Assembly (NCBI GenBank): GCA_965655095.1
Contig: OZ296650.1
Location: 115,320,001 to 115,384,000 of the forward strand
From: Haplodiscus bocki
Taxonomy: Eukaryota
Length of the DNA: 64,000 nucleotides
Direction: 5' to 3'
Part shown: positions 36,300 to 50,129 of the stretch, in pieces
Layout of the letters: each line of letters starts with the position of its first letter
Position numbering within the stretch: the first letter of the stretch is position 1
The notes under the pieces: generated by a model
The model's input: the letters and a program-made list of their open reading frames with translations, nothing else
Database searches by the model: none
Told to the model about the DNA's origin: nothing
Program-made: the position numbers and the translations under genes

Positions 36300-39200
36300 T
36301 TCTGACCAATTGACACCTTGCAACAACTAGTAAAGACTACTGCTACCATTGTAAAAAAAACGTTGAATATTTTTCATTAAAAATCCTATTCAATATTTGA
36401 AGTACAAACAAGTAGGGAAGAAGTTGTATTGTGAAGCATGCTTTAAAAAAATATGTCTAAATCTTCATGTACATTATCTACAGTACCAAAAAAACTGATT
36501 TGGGAAAACCTGAGATTACCGATAGAAAAATAAATTTGATGACCCGATGGTTCATCAAGTGAAACAAAATTGAGAATTTTATTTAAGATTTGTAAACGTA
36601 AAAAGAAATGTGAAAAAAAGTAAACTTGATTAGAAGAGAAGAGGCGTCTTCTTTTACAAGGAAAGCAGATGCTGAAAAACAATAAGGTCTAACAGCTTTA
36701 AAAAAGGAGTTATACTCCAAAATTTTGGAACTTGGAAAAGAAGAAAGTGGATTAAGTGTTGATTGTACAAAGAACTGACGAAAGAAAATTTTAGAAAACT
36801 TGACATGAAAATTTCAAGTATCTGCATGTTACTTAAATCATTTTATGATTCAAAAAACATAAAAATAAACAAAACAACAATAGACAACTTTTATTTCTGA
36901 AAGTGTGGATGAGCACATTTACATATGGAAGATACACGCCGTGAACGTGTATCAAACTTTGATCAACGCTATGTCGAACTTAGACCAGGAAATACACAAA
37001 CCCTACTGAAAAACAAACATATCAAATTAGGGCTGATAAACAAATTAAAAAAAATCTCAAACTAACATCGTCGAAAAACTTCTTACCAATCAAAGCTAAA
37101 AAAGACTATGATGAAGTACCAAATGATTAAATTTTTCAAAGAAATCTTTTTTGTCTGATGCATAGTTGACAAAAACTTGACAGACAAAAAAGGTCACTTA
37201 GTCATTGTAAAAGATGTCTCAGTAGTTTTAGATCCCAAACAAATCACGAATCACAAAGGAATTGTGTTTTGAAAAAAAGATTTGCTACATATCAAAGATG
37301 ATTCCAGATGACAAAAAAACTTTGCTGATTTGTATGGAAAAGCAGACTTACAATTTTTGACAGTTGATGGCTTTCAATGCATAAAAGTAGCAAACGGCGA
37401 CCCATACCGGAAAATTTTGTTTTTTAGCAAACCCAATGCATAGATTTTGGAAAAATCTGAAAAACTCGTTTTATGAATTTTTCAGAAGAACATCGATTTA
37501 ACGAATATTTTTGAGAAAATTGTTGAATGCTGTGTCACCGAGGTGTGAGAAACAGAGATTTTAACCAGACACTTCCTACGGAGAAGTGTCATTCTAATAC
37601 ATAATGCAATTCTGCCAAGTGATAAAGATCTTTGTTAGTGGAAAAAAACTTCGAATGAGATGAATTTGTTAGAGATTTTAGTCCCTTAGCAGGTAAAATC
37701 GGACGGTTATCACGTAATACATGTAATTTAAACCCACGAGAGGTATATGCTTCAACGGTACAAACAGGTTTGAATAATTTTTCTTACTATGATTGTTTTC
37801 AGTTTTACAAAAACTAATTAACACCGCAACTGAAAAAAAACAGTGAAATAGAAAATGGAGATTGTATAGCAAACCAACCTGAGAACCACGAATCTAAAAA
37901 AAGCAGCTGTTTAAAATATTTAGATTCTTGAAGAGATTTAAAAGTTGATATAAACAGATTATTCAAAACAAAACCGAATTTTTCGGGTATAGAAGTAAAC
38001 GGAATAAAGAAAATACATGTTGAACCAGTATGTAGCCTACACTTTCGATAAACTTACTTCCATCTAATCATATTTCAAATTCAAAACCTGGAAAGGAAAG
38101 ATTTCAAGGCAACGTTGAAGCAATCCATCCCAGGCGATGACCAATATCTAAAAGCGATTGGATTTTTTGAAAAATACAAGTTCACTACGAGAAAATAACA
38201 AACAGTTATAATTTTAAGAAACTTTCTCTTTGTAACAGATATAGTAAGAAATTGTGAAAGCGTTCATTTGTAAACTGTCTGATGGCGTTAGTCGATTTAA
38301 TTCCTATGTATCCATTTCACACAAAATAAGCTCACCTAAATTGTCTTGAATTAGAAAAAGGCTAAATAAGCGATGATAGTTTCGGATTTTCACTTGATAT
38401 TTGTATGAGAGGTGGCCCTGCATCTGTAATGGGAAACCGTTTTATTAGACAAGTTTAAACAGGAAAATATAAAAATGAGATCTTTATATTGTTTACGGAA
38501 AACGTTTGTCACAAGGATTACGAATCAGAAGACTCTCTGAAAATGATTGTACCAACCAGAAAGTAATATTGAAAGAAAATTTAAAATTAAAGATAACTTT
38601 TAAAAAGTTTGTTCAATAGAAGGTGATGGAAAATAAACTAAAGAATTTCACAAAATAACAAAGAAAATCCAAACTGGCCCAGGAAAAAAACAATCCAAAG
38701 ACTTCTCTAAGTATAGGAAGAAAACTTGAACATAAATTTGAAAACATTAAACTTAAAAAACGGATCGAACATATGAAGCAAGTGTTTTCCAAAATCATAG
38801 AGGATTAAAATTTCATTGAAGGCTAAAAAGGCATGCTGCAGAACTATGTAGAGACAAACAATTCGATCAACCACCGTGGTCAACAAAATTTATCAAATAT
38901 AACGCAGATAAAGGACACAGAGCAACGGGAGTTTCATTATTTTTTTACAAAATTTTAAGCCATGACTTCAATGGGGAAAAATGTCTGAGAGAAAAAATTA
39001 CCTTCGATTTTATAGATGAAACAGATACAAAACGAATTTTAAACAGACATTAAAAAATAACTTTTTTGGAAAAATTGGACTGCACGAAAAATTTACCCAA
39101 TATGTGTTTTTAACGAAAAAGAAATCGTTTTTAAAAAATATGAACAAATATAAAAGTGTGAAATGAACTGAGAAAAATGACAGTGTATCACAAAATTGAA

Positions 39201-39700
39201 GCATCATTGGTATCAAAATGTACTCCATGTTCTGCGAGACAAAACCCAGTATTACGTTTTTCACCTGGAAATCAATATATGTTTCCACTTAACCGAAATC
39301 TATGACTCAATAGTTACACAAGAAAGAAGACTCTGATTTCAGCGAATAATTTCCATCAGATGATTCACAATACAAAAAGAACAAGCCAGTCGAAGTAAAA
39401 ATGAAACTTCAATCCATAGCAGATATGGAACTCTCATTGGAAAGTTTCTTTTCAAATTTGAGAAACCATCAAATTACGTGAAACAACAAAAGGATTCAAA
39501 CTCTAAATAAATACCTTTTAGAAGACTCTTAGTAAACTTTATGACATTGTTCAGAAAGCATTTGAAACAATGAAAATCAATTATTAAATTTTATGAAGTT
39601 AAAAACAAGAAATTTCATAGGTTAAACCACCCATAACAGCTGTTTACTTATTTTGTGATAAAAGTCTTTTTTAAATAATATGGTAATGTGCCATGGGGGC
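36300..39700 (+). pseudogene. Protein-primed family B DNA polymerase (Maverick pPolB) pseudogene
   Basis: GKIGRLSRNTCNLN (37692-37733; cf. GKYRGxAHxxCNL), CLKYLDS (~37908; cf. FIDS), MRGGPASVMGNRF (38405-38443; cf. IRGG.S), FYKILSHDFNGEK (38943-38981; decayed KxxxNxxYGK), all in pPolB order. Confidence 0.75.
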
Positions 39701-39899
39701 ACGATGAAAATGGATACGAAAAAAATCCTTTGAATTTCTCAACATATAGCAAACTTCAAAGTTAGAGTCATTTTTCAGCAAAGCGAATGCCCATTGCTGC
39801 GAACAAAGGATAATACTCGTAGGTGAAAAAAAACTTTAGAGTCGAATTTCAGCAAATCAAGCGCCGACTGGCTGCAATCAGGCAAAACAAATTTGTACA

Positions 39900-41070
39900 C
39901 AAAAAACGTTACTATTTAACTTCTGCAGTGCAATCGTGGAATCATTTCAACGAACCTTCAATACGTTCGAGACAAAAAGTTCTTTTGTAGACAAATATAA
40001 CGTTGCAGATATACAAACAATTGAAGATGAAGAGTTTTTTAGTAAAATTTCAGCAATACAATCGCCAATTCGTTTCACAGAAGCAAAATACTTTATAGTT
40101 GAAAAAATCTTCCCAATTAAATTGGCGATTGCACCCCCAGCTGGTTTCCATGGAGTGAGGTATCTGTTACCTGAAAGACATAACTAGTGATTCTGCTGAT
40201 GAGACTTGAAAAAAGGATCCGAACAAGAAATATGTTAACAATAAAAGTGATTCTCAACTTCTTGATGAAACTTAGAGTGAATTCTTATTAGACAAAGCGA
40301 AAGACTAAAGGTCCATATATTACAGGGAATAACGAAGATAATAAATTTAGTTCATTCTTCAATGATAATTTTAGTGGAATTGATTGACAGTATCAATGAG
40401 AAAATAGAAGGCATAAACAAAGAAACAGTCCTTAAGTTTGACCCTTACGTCATGTGAAAGGAAGCCAAACCTACTTGAAACTGATCATGTCAAAAAAAGT
40501 AAACAAAAATCTTTTCAGATTTTTTGAACTGAAGAAAAAGATATAGCCGCCATACCTCAGAACGTGGATAATTTGCTGGAATTTTCATTAGGACTCACAG
40601 GAATCTCCTTTAAAACAAGTTTTCGAAGAAAGGCTGAATGGAGATATAAATGAATTCTAACAACAAGAAATAAAAACCTATATTATATTCAACGACAAAG
40701 ATACCGCTAATACAAGCATCCTTGAAGAGATTCTCAAGTTTACAAAAACAAAACAAAAGAAAAAAGAAAGAAAATAAAATTTTTTCAAGCGTCAATTTTG
40801 ACATGAAAAAAAAATTTGCTTCTGAAGTAAAAACAACAAATTGGAAGTATCAATTGAACACAATTACGGGAATTTGATTTTGATGCAACTTACTCGGATC
40901 CTGTAAACAAATAAATTGAGAGTTTTATCGGAGCTTTGTCAAAAAAACTAGAATGGACAATGAGAGAAATGAAAAATCAAAAAAATTCTCAAGTTTGAAT
41001 TAAAACAAAGTTTCTTCTCCCTTCATATCGGATTGTTACAAGTTTCAATCTAAAAACAAAAACAACCCAA
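39900..41070 (+). pseudogene. Minor capsid (penton-like) gene relic
   Basis: Fragments IAPPAG (~40130), DNLL (~40570) and SDPVNK*IESFIG (~40895-40935) resemble Maverick minor capsid motifs. Assigned by eye. Confidence 0.35.
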
Positions 41071-41149
41071 TTGAATGTGCCATAGCTCCATCAGAAAGTC
41101 GAAATTCAAATAATCTTCTTACAGGCTGGGTGGAAAATGTTTTTTCGTA

Positions 41150-42200
41150 GCGTAAATCAAAAGCGTATAAAAAAAACATTTTTCGGTGTTGTATATTCCT
41201 CCTGAAGAGTTTTTAGTTGGAACATGTTGTCCCTTGCTAAAGGTACGAAGCGTGGTACAAAATCTCTATAGGCCTGTGTACGTTTACCAAGTTTGAAAGT
41301 ATCATTTTCACCTGCATCTGGATTTTTTCAGTACCAAATTTACATTAGATCTCGCATAAGCGTTGGCATTCTAAACAAAATAAAACTCATTCCATTATTT
41401 CTATCTTGTAAAAAAATATACAGCCAAGATAGTGAGGCGTTTAAATNNNNNNNNNNNNNNNNNNNNNNNNNNNNNNNNNNNNNNNNNNNNNNNNNNNNNN
41501 NNNNNNNNNNNNNNNNNNNNNNNNNNNNNNNNNNNNNNNNNNNNNNNNNNNNNNNNNNNNNNNNNNNNNNNNNNNNNNNNNNNNNNNNNNNNNNNNNNNN
41601 NNNNNNNNNNNNNNNNNNNNNNNNNNNNNNNNNNNNNNNNNNNNNNCACAGCCTTTTTGAACCTATTTCTGGAGGCCCACCAATATTTTCATCATTTTTG
41701 TAACTGAAAGTCGTAGCAGACTCAGCAAAAGGTCTTCTTGAGTTTTTGAAGAACCTACCTATATTGCCAGCTTGTTTTGGAAATTCATTGAAAATCTTCG
41801 AGTTCTTTGTACTACATCCAGTAAATTCACAGAAGAATGAAGTTTGACAATCAGGCGTTTTATCAGAATCAAGTTTTCAAGTACCTGTTTAATGACAACC
41901 GCCCTGTTAATATGAACCTGGTTGTTATTTTTGTGGTGAAACTAATTAAAACTTAAACACAATAAGTTTCGGAAAACCACTGTCACGTTCACATGGGGGA
42001 ACATTTACACTCAACTCTTTTATCAAGTTTTCCTTGAAAATGAAGTAAAAGTCCTAGTGTTGCCATTAAAATCAACAAAACATGATATCAATTGGAAGAA
42101 ATGTTTTTTAGAAAACCATTGAGGATCTGTTTGTAAATGAATTTATGCGTACGTTTGATTTTTTAATTTAAAAGAGGTAAAAGTAAAAAAAATCACCATT
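41150..42200 (-). pseudogene. Major capsid protein-like relic (spans the assembly gap)
   Basis: C-terminal fragments QDR, KNPDAG and QAYRDFV (41250-41420) resemble Maverick/adintovirus MCP (QxDR...EKYPD...QGY). Assigned by eye. Confidence 0.4.
41447..41646. other. Assembly gap (200 N)
   Basis: Run of exactly 200 N. Confidence 1.
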
Positions 42201-42219
42201 ATTTTCTTTTATTCTGTCA

Positions 42220-43110
42220 CCATCCGCTAAAAGATTTTTTACATTTTCCAAATTTGTGTATTTTTTTGCTCTTTTAAATGTAGTTTGTCTAGTTTACGAA
42301 AATCTCGAATCCATTTGGTTTGTCATAACTAAAACATAAGTTTAATTTTTCGCTGATACCAAATAAAATTGGCCTATCAATACAATCACATTTCATGTGA
42401 GTTTAAAGTTTTGTAGTTTCAAATATATTTCAACCAGTTTTAAGTTTTAACAATTGAGACACTATCTGTACTAAACTACCAAATGTGTTATCAAAACCAC
42501 CAACTTCATATATTCCAGTACGTATCTCATAAGTAGCAGAATTAGGTTTACAGAAACAGAGAAAAGTAAATGTTTTTTTCATTTAATTGTGTTGTTCGAT
42601 AGAAAGGTTCAGAGAGCTTCGATATAGATTGATTTTATTGCCCGTCAAGTGTTCATTGATTGCATAAATAGTGCTGTTACTGGTTTCAATAGAGTATAAA
42701 CCTTCATCTGCTAGTTGTAGTAAGTTTTAGATTGTAATCATTTAAACAATTTTAACTTCTTTTCGTTTATCATTAACATATGGTCAATTAACCTTAACAT
42801 TTGAATAACGTTTAGTTTCCGTCCACCCTTTGTGGTTCTCCATTTTCGATTTTCTGCCGTTATATTAAAAAGAGAAAGACCTACTTCTAAAAAATTCAAA
42901 ACCAACAATCTTTTGACTCCTTCTAATCTTAAAAGCATATTCAAAAGAGACTCCGTTAGTTTTACTAAATTAATTACTAAAGTTTCTTGTGGTTCTGCTT
43001 CAGCTGATTCTCTAGGTTGATTAGTGTTTTTATTTTTCAAAAATAAACCATCGTCAGTTTCAATTTTATGCGTATGGGCAATTGTATTCATAATATATCT
43101 CAAGAGAAAA
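42220..43110 (-). pseudogene. Minor capsid-like gene relic
   Basis: ORF 42738-43103 has PQETL...LEVGLSLFNITAENRK (cf. LEVYNSIFNITxENNK). Downstream HMKCDCID (~42377-42400; cf. HLKCDCI of Maverick minor capsids). Confidence 0.5.
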
Positions 43111-43139
43111 CTTCAATTTTTTTCTGTACTTTGTAAAAC

Positions 43140-44090
43140 ATGAAGTTTCAAAAAAAAACTAACAGATGTAACATTAGAAGTTCCATAGATTTTAGAATTT
43201 TATGAAACAATTCAGCCGACTACCACGGAAAAAAATGACGCCTTTCCAATTTGGTAAAGATACAATTTTAAAAGATGAAGACGTTTTTTCCTCGAAAAAG
43301 AAACACCCTTTCCTCATGATTTTTTCTATTTTTTCCAACTTTAAAAAGATTGTCAAAAACACCTCATCTTTGCGGCGGAAAATTCATTGTTGAAGAAAAC
43401 CATTCGATACGCATTCTAACGCAAATTTGCTAGCTTTAGTGATATTGAAAAGAAATCTTTTTTTGAAGTACCCATTTTTTTTAACAAATACCCGAAAATT
43501 TGAGAGTTTTGAAAATTGTTACAATTTCAGTCGCATTTTATAACAAATTTGTTACCTTCAGCCATGTAAAAAGCATTCAAGCTTTTTTTTTCGAAAAACC
43601 CTTTCTTTCTAAAAACAACCCAAATTTCGAGCGTTTTGAGAATTTTTACTATTTCCTTCGCATTCTACTTCAAATTTAATACTTTTAGCGGATTTTGGAG
43701 AAACTCAAGATTTTTTTGGGGAAAACCCATCTATTTTTTCAACGAAAAAAATTAAATTTTGACTGCTTCGAGGCATCTTTTTTTCAGTCGCGTTATACAT
43801 TAAAAGTGCTACCTTTAGCGATTAACAAAAAATTCAAGATTTTTTTCGATAAACCCATTTTTTTTTAAAAAAAACAAAATTTTGAAAAGTTTTGAGAATT
43901 TTTGCTATTTCAATCGCTTTTTTCAGCAAGTTTGCTACAAATTGCTGAAATGAAAATTCAGACACTTGAACAACCGATGTTGGATCGATAACGCGATCTC
44001 AATTGGCAAACATCGGGTAAAATAGAAAAAAAAACGCAACCTATTTGAGAACAAGATTTTGCTCTCCATATTTTCAATGTGGCGAAAAAT
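43140..44090. repeat. AT-rich non-autonomous element with ~110-125-bp internal tandem units, inserted in the Maverick
   Basis: Five or more copies of ttttgagaa..tttactatttcagtcgcattcta...caaatttgctacctttagc. Ends with CCATATTTTCAATGTGG (imperfect hairpin). Confidence 0.65.
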
Positions 44091-47000
44091 AAAAACTTTT
44101 TTTATTTACACAAGTTCATTTACACAAGTTTATTTTTTTACACAAGTTCATAGCAAAGTATATACATATCACTTCAAATAAACAAATCAACCATTTGCGA
44201 AGTGGACGTGACTCGAAAAACCACCTTTGGCCGGGAAAATGTACTTATCAATTTAATAATATTAATGTAGCGTCATGGTTCCACCATTAACTTTTACTTG
44301 ATTTTTGTTATCTGCTTGTTTCTTAGAATAAAGAAGTTTCTCAAGACTAATTTATTTGTTTTCAAGAAGTTAGTTCTAGATTTTTGATTTGTTTTAATTT
44401 CTGGTGGTTTATCTAACGCAAAAGTTGATTCAAAAAAAGTTTTCCTGTTCTTTCTACAAAACTTTCATCAGCACGTTTCTTCAGTTTCAATAGTTTCAAT
44501 TGTATTATCGCTTTTCTAACTTGGCATGGCTTAATGTTTTTGAGTATATTCTCATCTGGTACGGAAAGAACACTTGTTAAAAAGTTGGGAAGCCACTTTT
44601 AATACTATTTCAGGTCATGGTGTTTCTCATTGTGACATATTCGGCTCTAAATTTGACTTTTATATTTCACAGTGACTGTTTCGAATGTGCTATTAATGTT
44701 ACTCACTTCAGATACTCTGGCAGCAACCAAGAAAACGGGTTTCCATTATTATTATAAATCATGTCTTTTTCAAATGCTATGTCATTATTCGTGAAGTTCA
44801 TTCGTAACACCATATCTACCAGATCAAATTCTCAGAAAAAGTTGCAAAAGTCTGAAGTAGTTCATTGCTCAAAAAAGATTCTTGAAGATCAGATTTTTTG
44901 TAAACTTTTGAAATCATACTTGATTCAAATTTTTTTTATTCTTTCGACATGTAATTCGTTTTTTTTGACTTCTATTACTCTACTAAAACTTTAAATTTTT
45001 GAAGGTTACAGGAGTTTTGCAATAAGAAGGAGTTCAAAATGAAAAACTACTGTTTTTTTGAGGATATTGAGAATTAAGTATTTATTTAACTTCTGAACTT
45101 GTTAAACCTAACAACCTCCATTTACATTCTTTTAGTTTTATACACCTATGTAAAAAGAAGATGTTTTTCATTGGTTTCGCCAAATTGGTCTTTCAAATTT
45201 TTCGCTGACTTGTTTTCGTTTGTTCGATGAGGCTCAGTTTTTGGTTATGTGAGTATTTTTGCTAATAAAACGAAATTAGTTCTCTGATTCATATAATGTG
45301 AGTGGTATTCTTTTTTGGGGACAAACTTTAAAATTTTTATTTTGATCAGTTTTGACGTATATAGTTTTGTCAGTTGATCTGCTAATTTACAACATTACAA
45401 CTTTTGTCAGATTTTTTCCCAAGAAGACCACGGTATTTTTGAGAGGTTGTTTTTTATCCGTTACCGATTGATTTGATTCGTTTGTCTGGTATGTCGCTTC
45501 AAAGAAGCGACTCGCCTTTGCCAAGGTTTTGCACATTTTCGTCAAAAACAATGTTTTTTTTTTGTCAAAATTTACTACATTATGCCTATAAAAAAGCAGA
45601 TTTCTAAACGTAAGTTTGATATTTTTGCTAGATATATTACATAAAAGCAAAAAACAGCACAACAACCAGTTTTTCTCTGAATTTTTTTCTCTGAAGACAC
45701 GCATTTTCCATTTTAAATAAAAAAATCAGTTAATTCTTTTGATGGTGAGCACTCATTTGAACCGGATAATTTTTCGTTGTTGCATTTTGCCTAATGTTCA
45801 TCGTTGGTAGCCTGATGTTTTACAATTTTTTAATTTTCAAAAAAGGATTTTTTTCTCAAATCTATAGCACCTTTAGTCTATTAAAAAGTTTTCCGGATTT
45901 CTGTATAGTTAAATATTTTATTTTCACATTTATACGACTTTTCATGTTTTCCTTGAAAGAAAACGTATACCGTTAACAAGAACAACAACGTTTTTTGAAC
46001 AAAGTGGCCCGGTGAAACTTTTCACGGTGAATCGTCATTTGTTTCACCACTACGTATTCTGATAAAAATTTATTAATCTGCTAGCACATCAGCTGCCTTT
46101 CCATGGTTTCTAAAAAATCTTTTATGAAAAAGTAGTTGTACTGTAGTTTTTTAACCGAGAGGTTAAATAATCATTTTATAACCATTTCAATTCCAGTTGC
46201 GTTCTGTTTTTCTAGAGTTCTGTCAGTAGCATTCAAAATTCAACTCTAAATGAAACTCATTGGTTTTCCTCAAAAAGTTGAAAATTTCCCTTCATTTTCA
46301 AAACTTTTTTTTCATTTCTTCGAAATCAAACTTTAATTTTTTAGGATTTCTATCTCAAATTCTAACTTTTCCGGAGACTTCATTGTAGAGGTCACTTCTA
46401 GCAAGTTTGTCAAGCCTATGTGACTCAAAATCTCACTTTTCACAATTTTGATACTTGCCTTTTCATTCGCTCCACTGAAAGTCAGCTGTTTTTTGTAAGT
46501 TTTTATCTTTTAACCGTTTTGCTCTTGTTTCTTCCAAATGTTTTTCATCGTATTTTTTCCAAAATCTCAAGAGGTCAATTACAGTAGATAACCCCACAAC
46601 AACATCTGTTAAGCGTTTTCTGCTTTCTTTAGGGGGCTCATTGTTTTCAGTTCTTCAAGTCCCATTTCAGATTTTGTCGGTGAATATTGGTGTCAAATCT
46701 TGTATTGTATCTTCTCTCTCCTAATTTTATTAATTGGGACAGTCTGTATTGGTAACTCCATCAAAGTTTGTCACAAAGTTTAGTGGTAGGTTTTTCTAAT
46801 TAACAATCATCAGTATTATTCTCTGAATTCGGGCTGACGTAATTTTGTACACTAGCTACAACTTCGACACTGGAAGAAGTTCGCCAAAGGTCCTCTGGAA
46901 ATCCGTTTTTTCTGAAAGTTTATTTTCGAATTTTCGGCCATGTATATCTATCTATATTCTTTTTCGCATTTTTTCGAGTCAAAACAATCTATTGGATTTG

Positions 47001-47834
47001 CAAATTCAATTTGTGTTGATGTAAAATTGTATGCTTTTCTCCTCAGAAACTTCGATCTTATATGTAAAGTTAATTAGTTTAGTAAAAAAGTACCACCTAA
47101 AAACAATGTTTTATTTTTTTCTTTCAATAAAAATCGTAATTAGTTTTTGTGAAACTATTTATACCAATATTCAAAATACAAATCATTTTTTTTATTTTTG
47201 AAAGCAGCAAAACCTGTTTTTGGTGATCAAAGCTTTCTCAGCCTTTTCCATACTGTTCTCAAGTAGATATGTAGATCTTCATTTCAACAGTTGGTTTCCA
47301 AATTCATTTTTTAATAAAGTAATTGTGCTAAATTCACTTTTTAAAAGTACTTTTGTCCCCAAAATGTAAATTTTGCCTCCGAAATTCCTTTACGTTGATT
47401 TAGTTTACCCAAATCAGCTTTTCGCATATCTAAACCATAAAAAATTGCAAAACTCTCGCTTTGTCAGTTTCTCTTCTATTCATAAAATACAAAATATGTC
47501 AAATTGGCAATTTTCATTCGAAAACAATGCGAAAAGCTAAAGAGCTTTCGTTTTGTCAAATCATACGGCCTTTTTTGGAGAGAATAACTTACTTTTTTTG
47601 GTTGATTGGTTGTCACCTAAAAGCTAAATCAACCTATACTCCCTCTCATTAGCAGACACTAAATGCACATCAACTCAAATTCTGTGTGTATCCAGTCGGA
47701 AGAAGAAAAGACAGTATGTTTATCGGCAACTCCCGAGAAGATCTCACTTCTTGGGTTCTTTTCGAGGAATGCTATGTTGGAAACACTTGAAAAAACGAAC
47801 CTATACTTCTTGGTCAGAGATTTTTTGAGTTCTA

Positions 47835-48070
47835 AGTAATCTATAAAGTTATCTATGACGGTAACTTTCAAAGTCTGTTTGAAGTTAACTACAAAAGTAA
47901 CAATTAAGATATTTTTGAAAGTACCCTTTAGAGCATGTCTGAAATTACCTCTGAAGGTATCTATGAAGGTAACTAGAAAACTATCGCTAAAAAAGTATAC
48001 AGGTATCTTCAATGTTAACTCTGAAGGTGTCAATGAAGTTAACTAGAAAGGTATCCTTAGAACTACATAA
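47835..48070 (-). repeat. Right subterminal ~12-bp tandem repeat tract of the Maverick
   Basis: Periodic aaagttatctat / aaagtacccttt / gaaggtatctat / gaaggtaactag units; reverse complement resembles 35990-36190. Confidence 0.7.
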
Positions 48071-50129
48071 AAACTTCTCCGTGACGGCCATAACGAATGC
48101 GAAACAAAAACTTTTCAGACATCCACAATCAACATTTCAGGGGCTTTTTGTTTCCTTACACTCTCAGCTGAAAAACTTTTAATTGCAGCTCAACATTTCT
48201 CAAGCTATTTCATGGGTTTTTTTTGGTTTCCAGGAAAATATTAAGAGAAAATATTAATCCCTCACTTACCAATTTTTGTTTCCGCCTGCAAAATTTCTTG
48301 GTAGATATCTTTTGGGAGAAAATTTTGATTTTGAAAGTCGAGCAATTTTTCAACTCTGATCATAGTTATTGTGTTTTGGGTTGAGTATTTCTACCAGTGG
48401 AGCTCCAATTAGCTGAACAATGTACGTGCTTGATGATGACACTCTGCTTTACTACATGCTAATTATCAGCTGCGATTCAAAAAATATTATATTTGATTTT
48501 CTTCGAATGAAACTTGAAAATTGAAATGCTTGGATTATTCGCGGCTTTCATTGCGTTTAAAGCCCTTTTTAGCAGTGATTTCCCGAATTTACATTACATT
48601 TGCTCAAACATAAAAGGAAAATCCAATGCTATCAGAGACTTTGATTTTTTAACATTACTGAAACTTTCCGTTAAGTTTGAATGCGGTGTGACGCTGAAAA
48701 ACGCGCTTTTTTCAACACTTTCAGTCAAATTAAAATGCTTTGGACAAAAAGCACGTCCAAAAAACACTTCGTTTGTTTTGCTTTAGAAGAAGGACAATTA
48801 ATGTAAATCTTGTATTTCTTGCTTGCTGACACAAACCTTTTGTAGGGCTGTTTTTGCAAAAGAATCTTGCAAATCTTCAGCAATTTTTTCACAGGACATT
48901 TGATAAATTGAAATCTTTCATGTTGGAACTTAGATCATCAGAATATCTAACTGTTGAGTAGTTGCAGTGAAACTTTAATTGCTACGAGATAGCGAATGCT
49001 CGTTTTGGTGTCAAAACTTCTGGGCAGGTTTTTTTCTACTGAGAGATTTTGAAGATCGGACTTCTTTGAATAATAGTTTCTCAGGGTGGACTTCTATATA
49101 CTGGCAGTAATTGCAGTCATAATGAGAAAACAGCACAAAGGATAGTAGGCAATATTGCTCGTCTGTGTCATACGGTTTCGCCGCAGTCACAAGAAACAAA
49201 ATTTCCCATAGTTTTTCGGCCCGAGAAATGATGAGCGTCTTATTTTTGATAGTTTGAACGTTTTCAGTTTTTTTAACCCATTACCCTAAAAAATCAATCC
49301 GAAAACGGCGCAGACGTTTTTCAGCACCACAGGCAGATACTACTTTTTAACCTATCAGCATGTGGTCGAGATCAATACTTTTGTTGCAAGATTCTGCGAG
49401 GAAGCAACACAAAAAATGAGGTTTTTTTTGAAAGTTTTGAATTTTTCTACACCTGTTTTGGTATAGTTATGTCTGAGACTCTCTAAGTATTGTAATTCGT
49501 CAAGCAAGGATGTTCCATTTTTTTTGTTTTCGTGATAGATTTCTCTTCAAAATTTTTTTAACGGACTAAACTTCAAGTTTTGGATTGATTAGTCACTTTA
49601 AAACTAAGAATAATTTTGTACAGTTTTAACAATTAGATACTGAAATTTCACACACTGATTTTTGTTTGGGGTTCGATCATTTTCCCATGAGCTTCCTGCA
49701 ATATAAACCTGAAAATCGAAACAAGTGCGGCAACTGCGACAACTTGGACTTTTTTGTCGTCAGAAATGTCATTTCACTCCTCAAGTATGGCTCCAAGTTG
49801 CCTCAATTTTGCAGAAACTCAATGAAGACACTCTGTGCTATCAAAAAAGTGATTCCAGTCCGTTTACTTTTAGACGGTTTTTTTGCGAAACAAACGTTTG
49901 AAAACTTAGCTAGTTTTATCTTCATTTCAATTTTAGTGAAGTTTACTTTTTATTTTCTTTACGGCTAAAGTTGCCGCACAAGTATTGAATCAGGGTTTCT
50001 AAATCGTTCAGTAATTCGCATTGTGTTTATACAACCTTACATGTGTTGTTTTTTAAAAATTTTTTTCCAATTTTTGCGTAGTTCAGATAGTATAGTTTTC
50101 ACAACTAACAGTGCTCTGAAATATAGGGC

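Larger units (their letters stand above)
35980..48070. mobile_element. Degenerate Maverick/Polinton (adintovirus-like) endogenous element, ~12 kb
   Basis: pPolB relic and capsid-like relics lie between mutually inverted tracts of ~12-bp repeats at 35990-36190 and 47835-48070. All ORFs are broken. Confidence 0.7.

Noticed and set aside
41293-41707. ORFs spanning the N run
   Set aside because: Artefacts of the 200-N gap.
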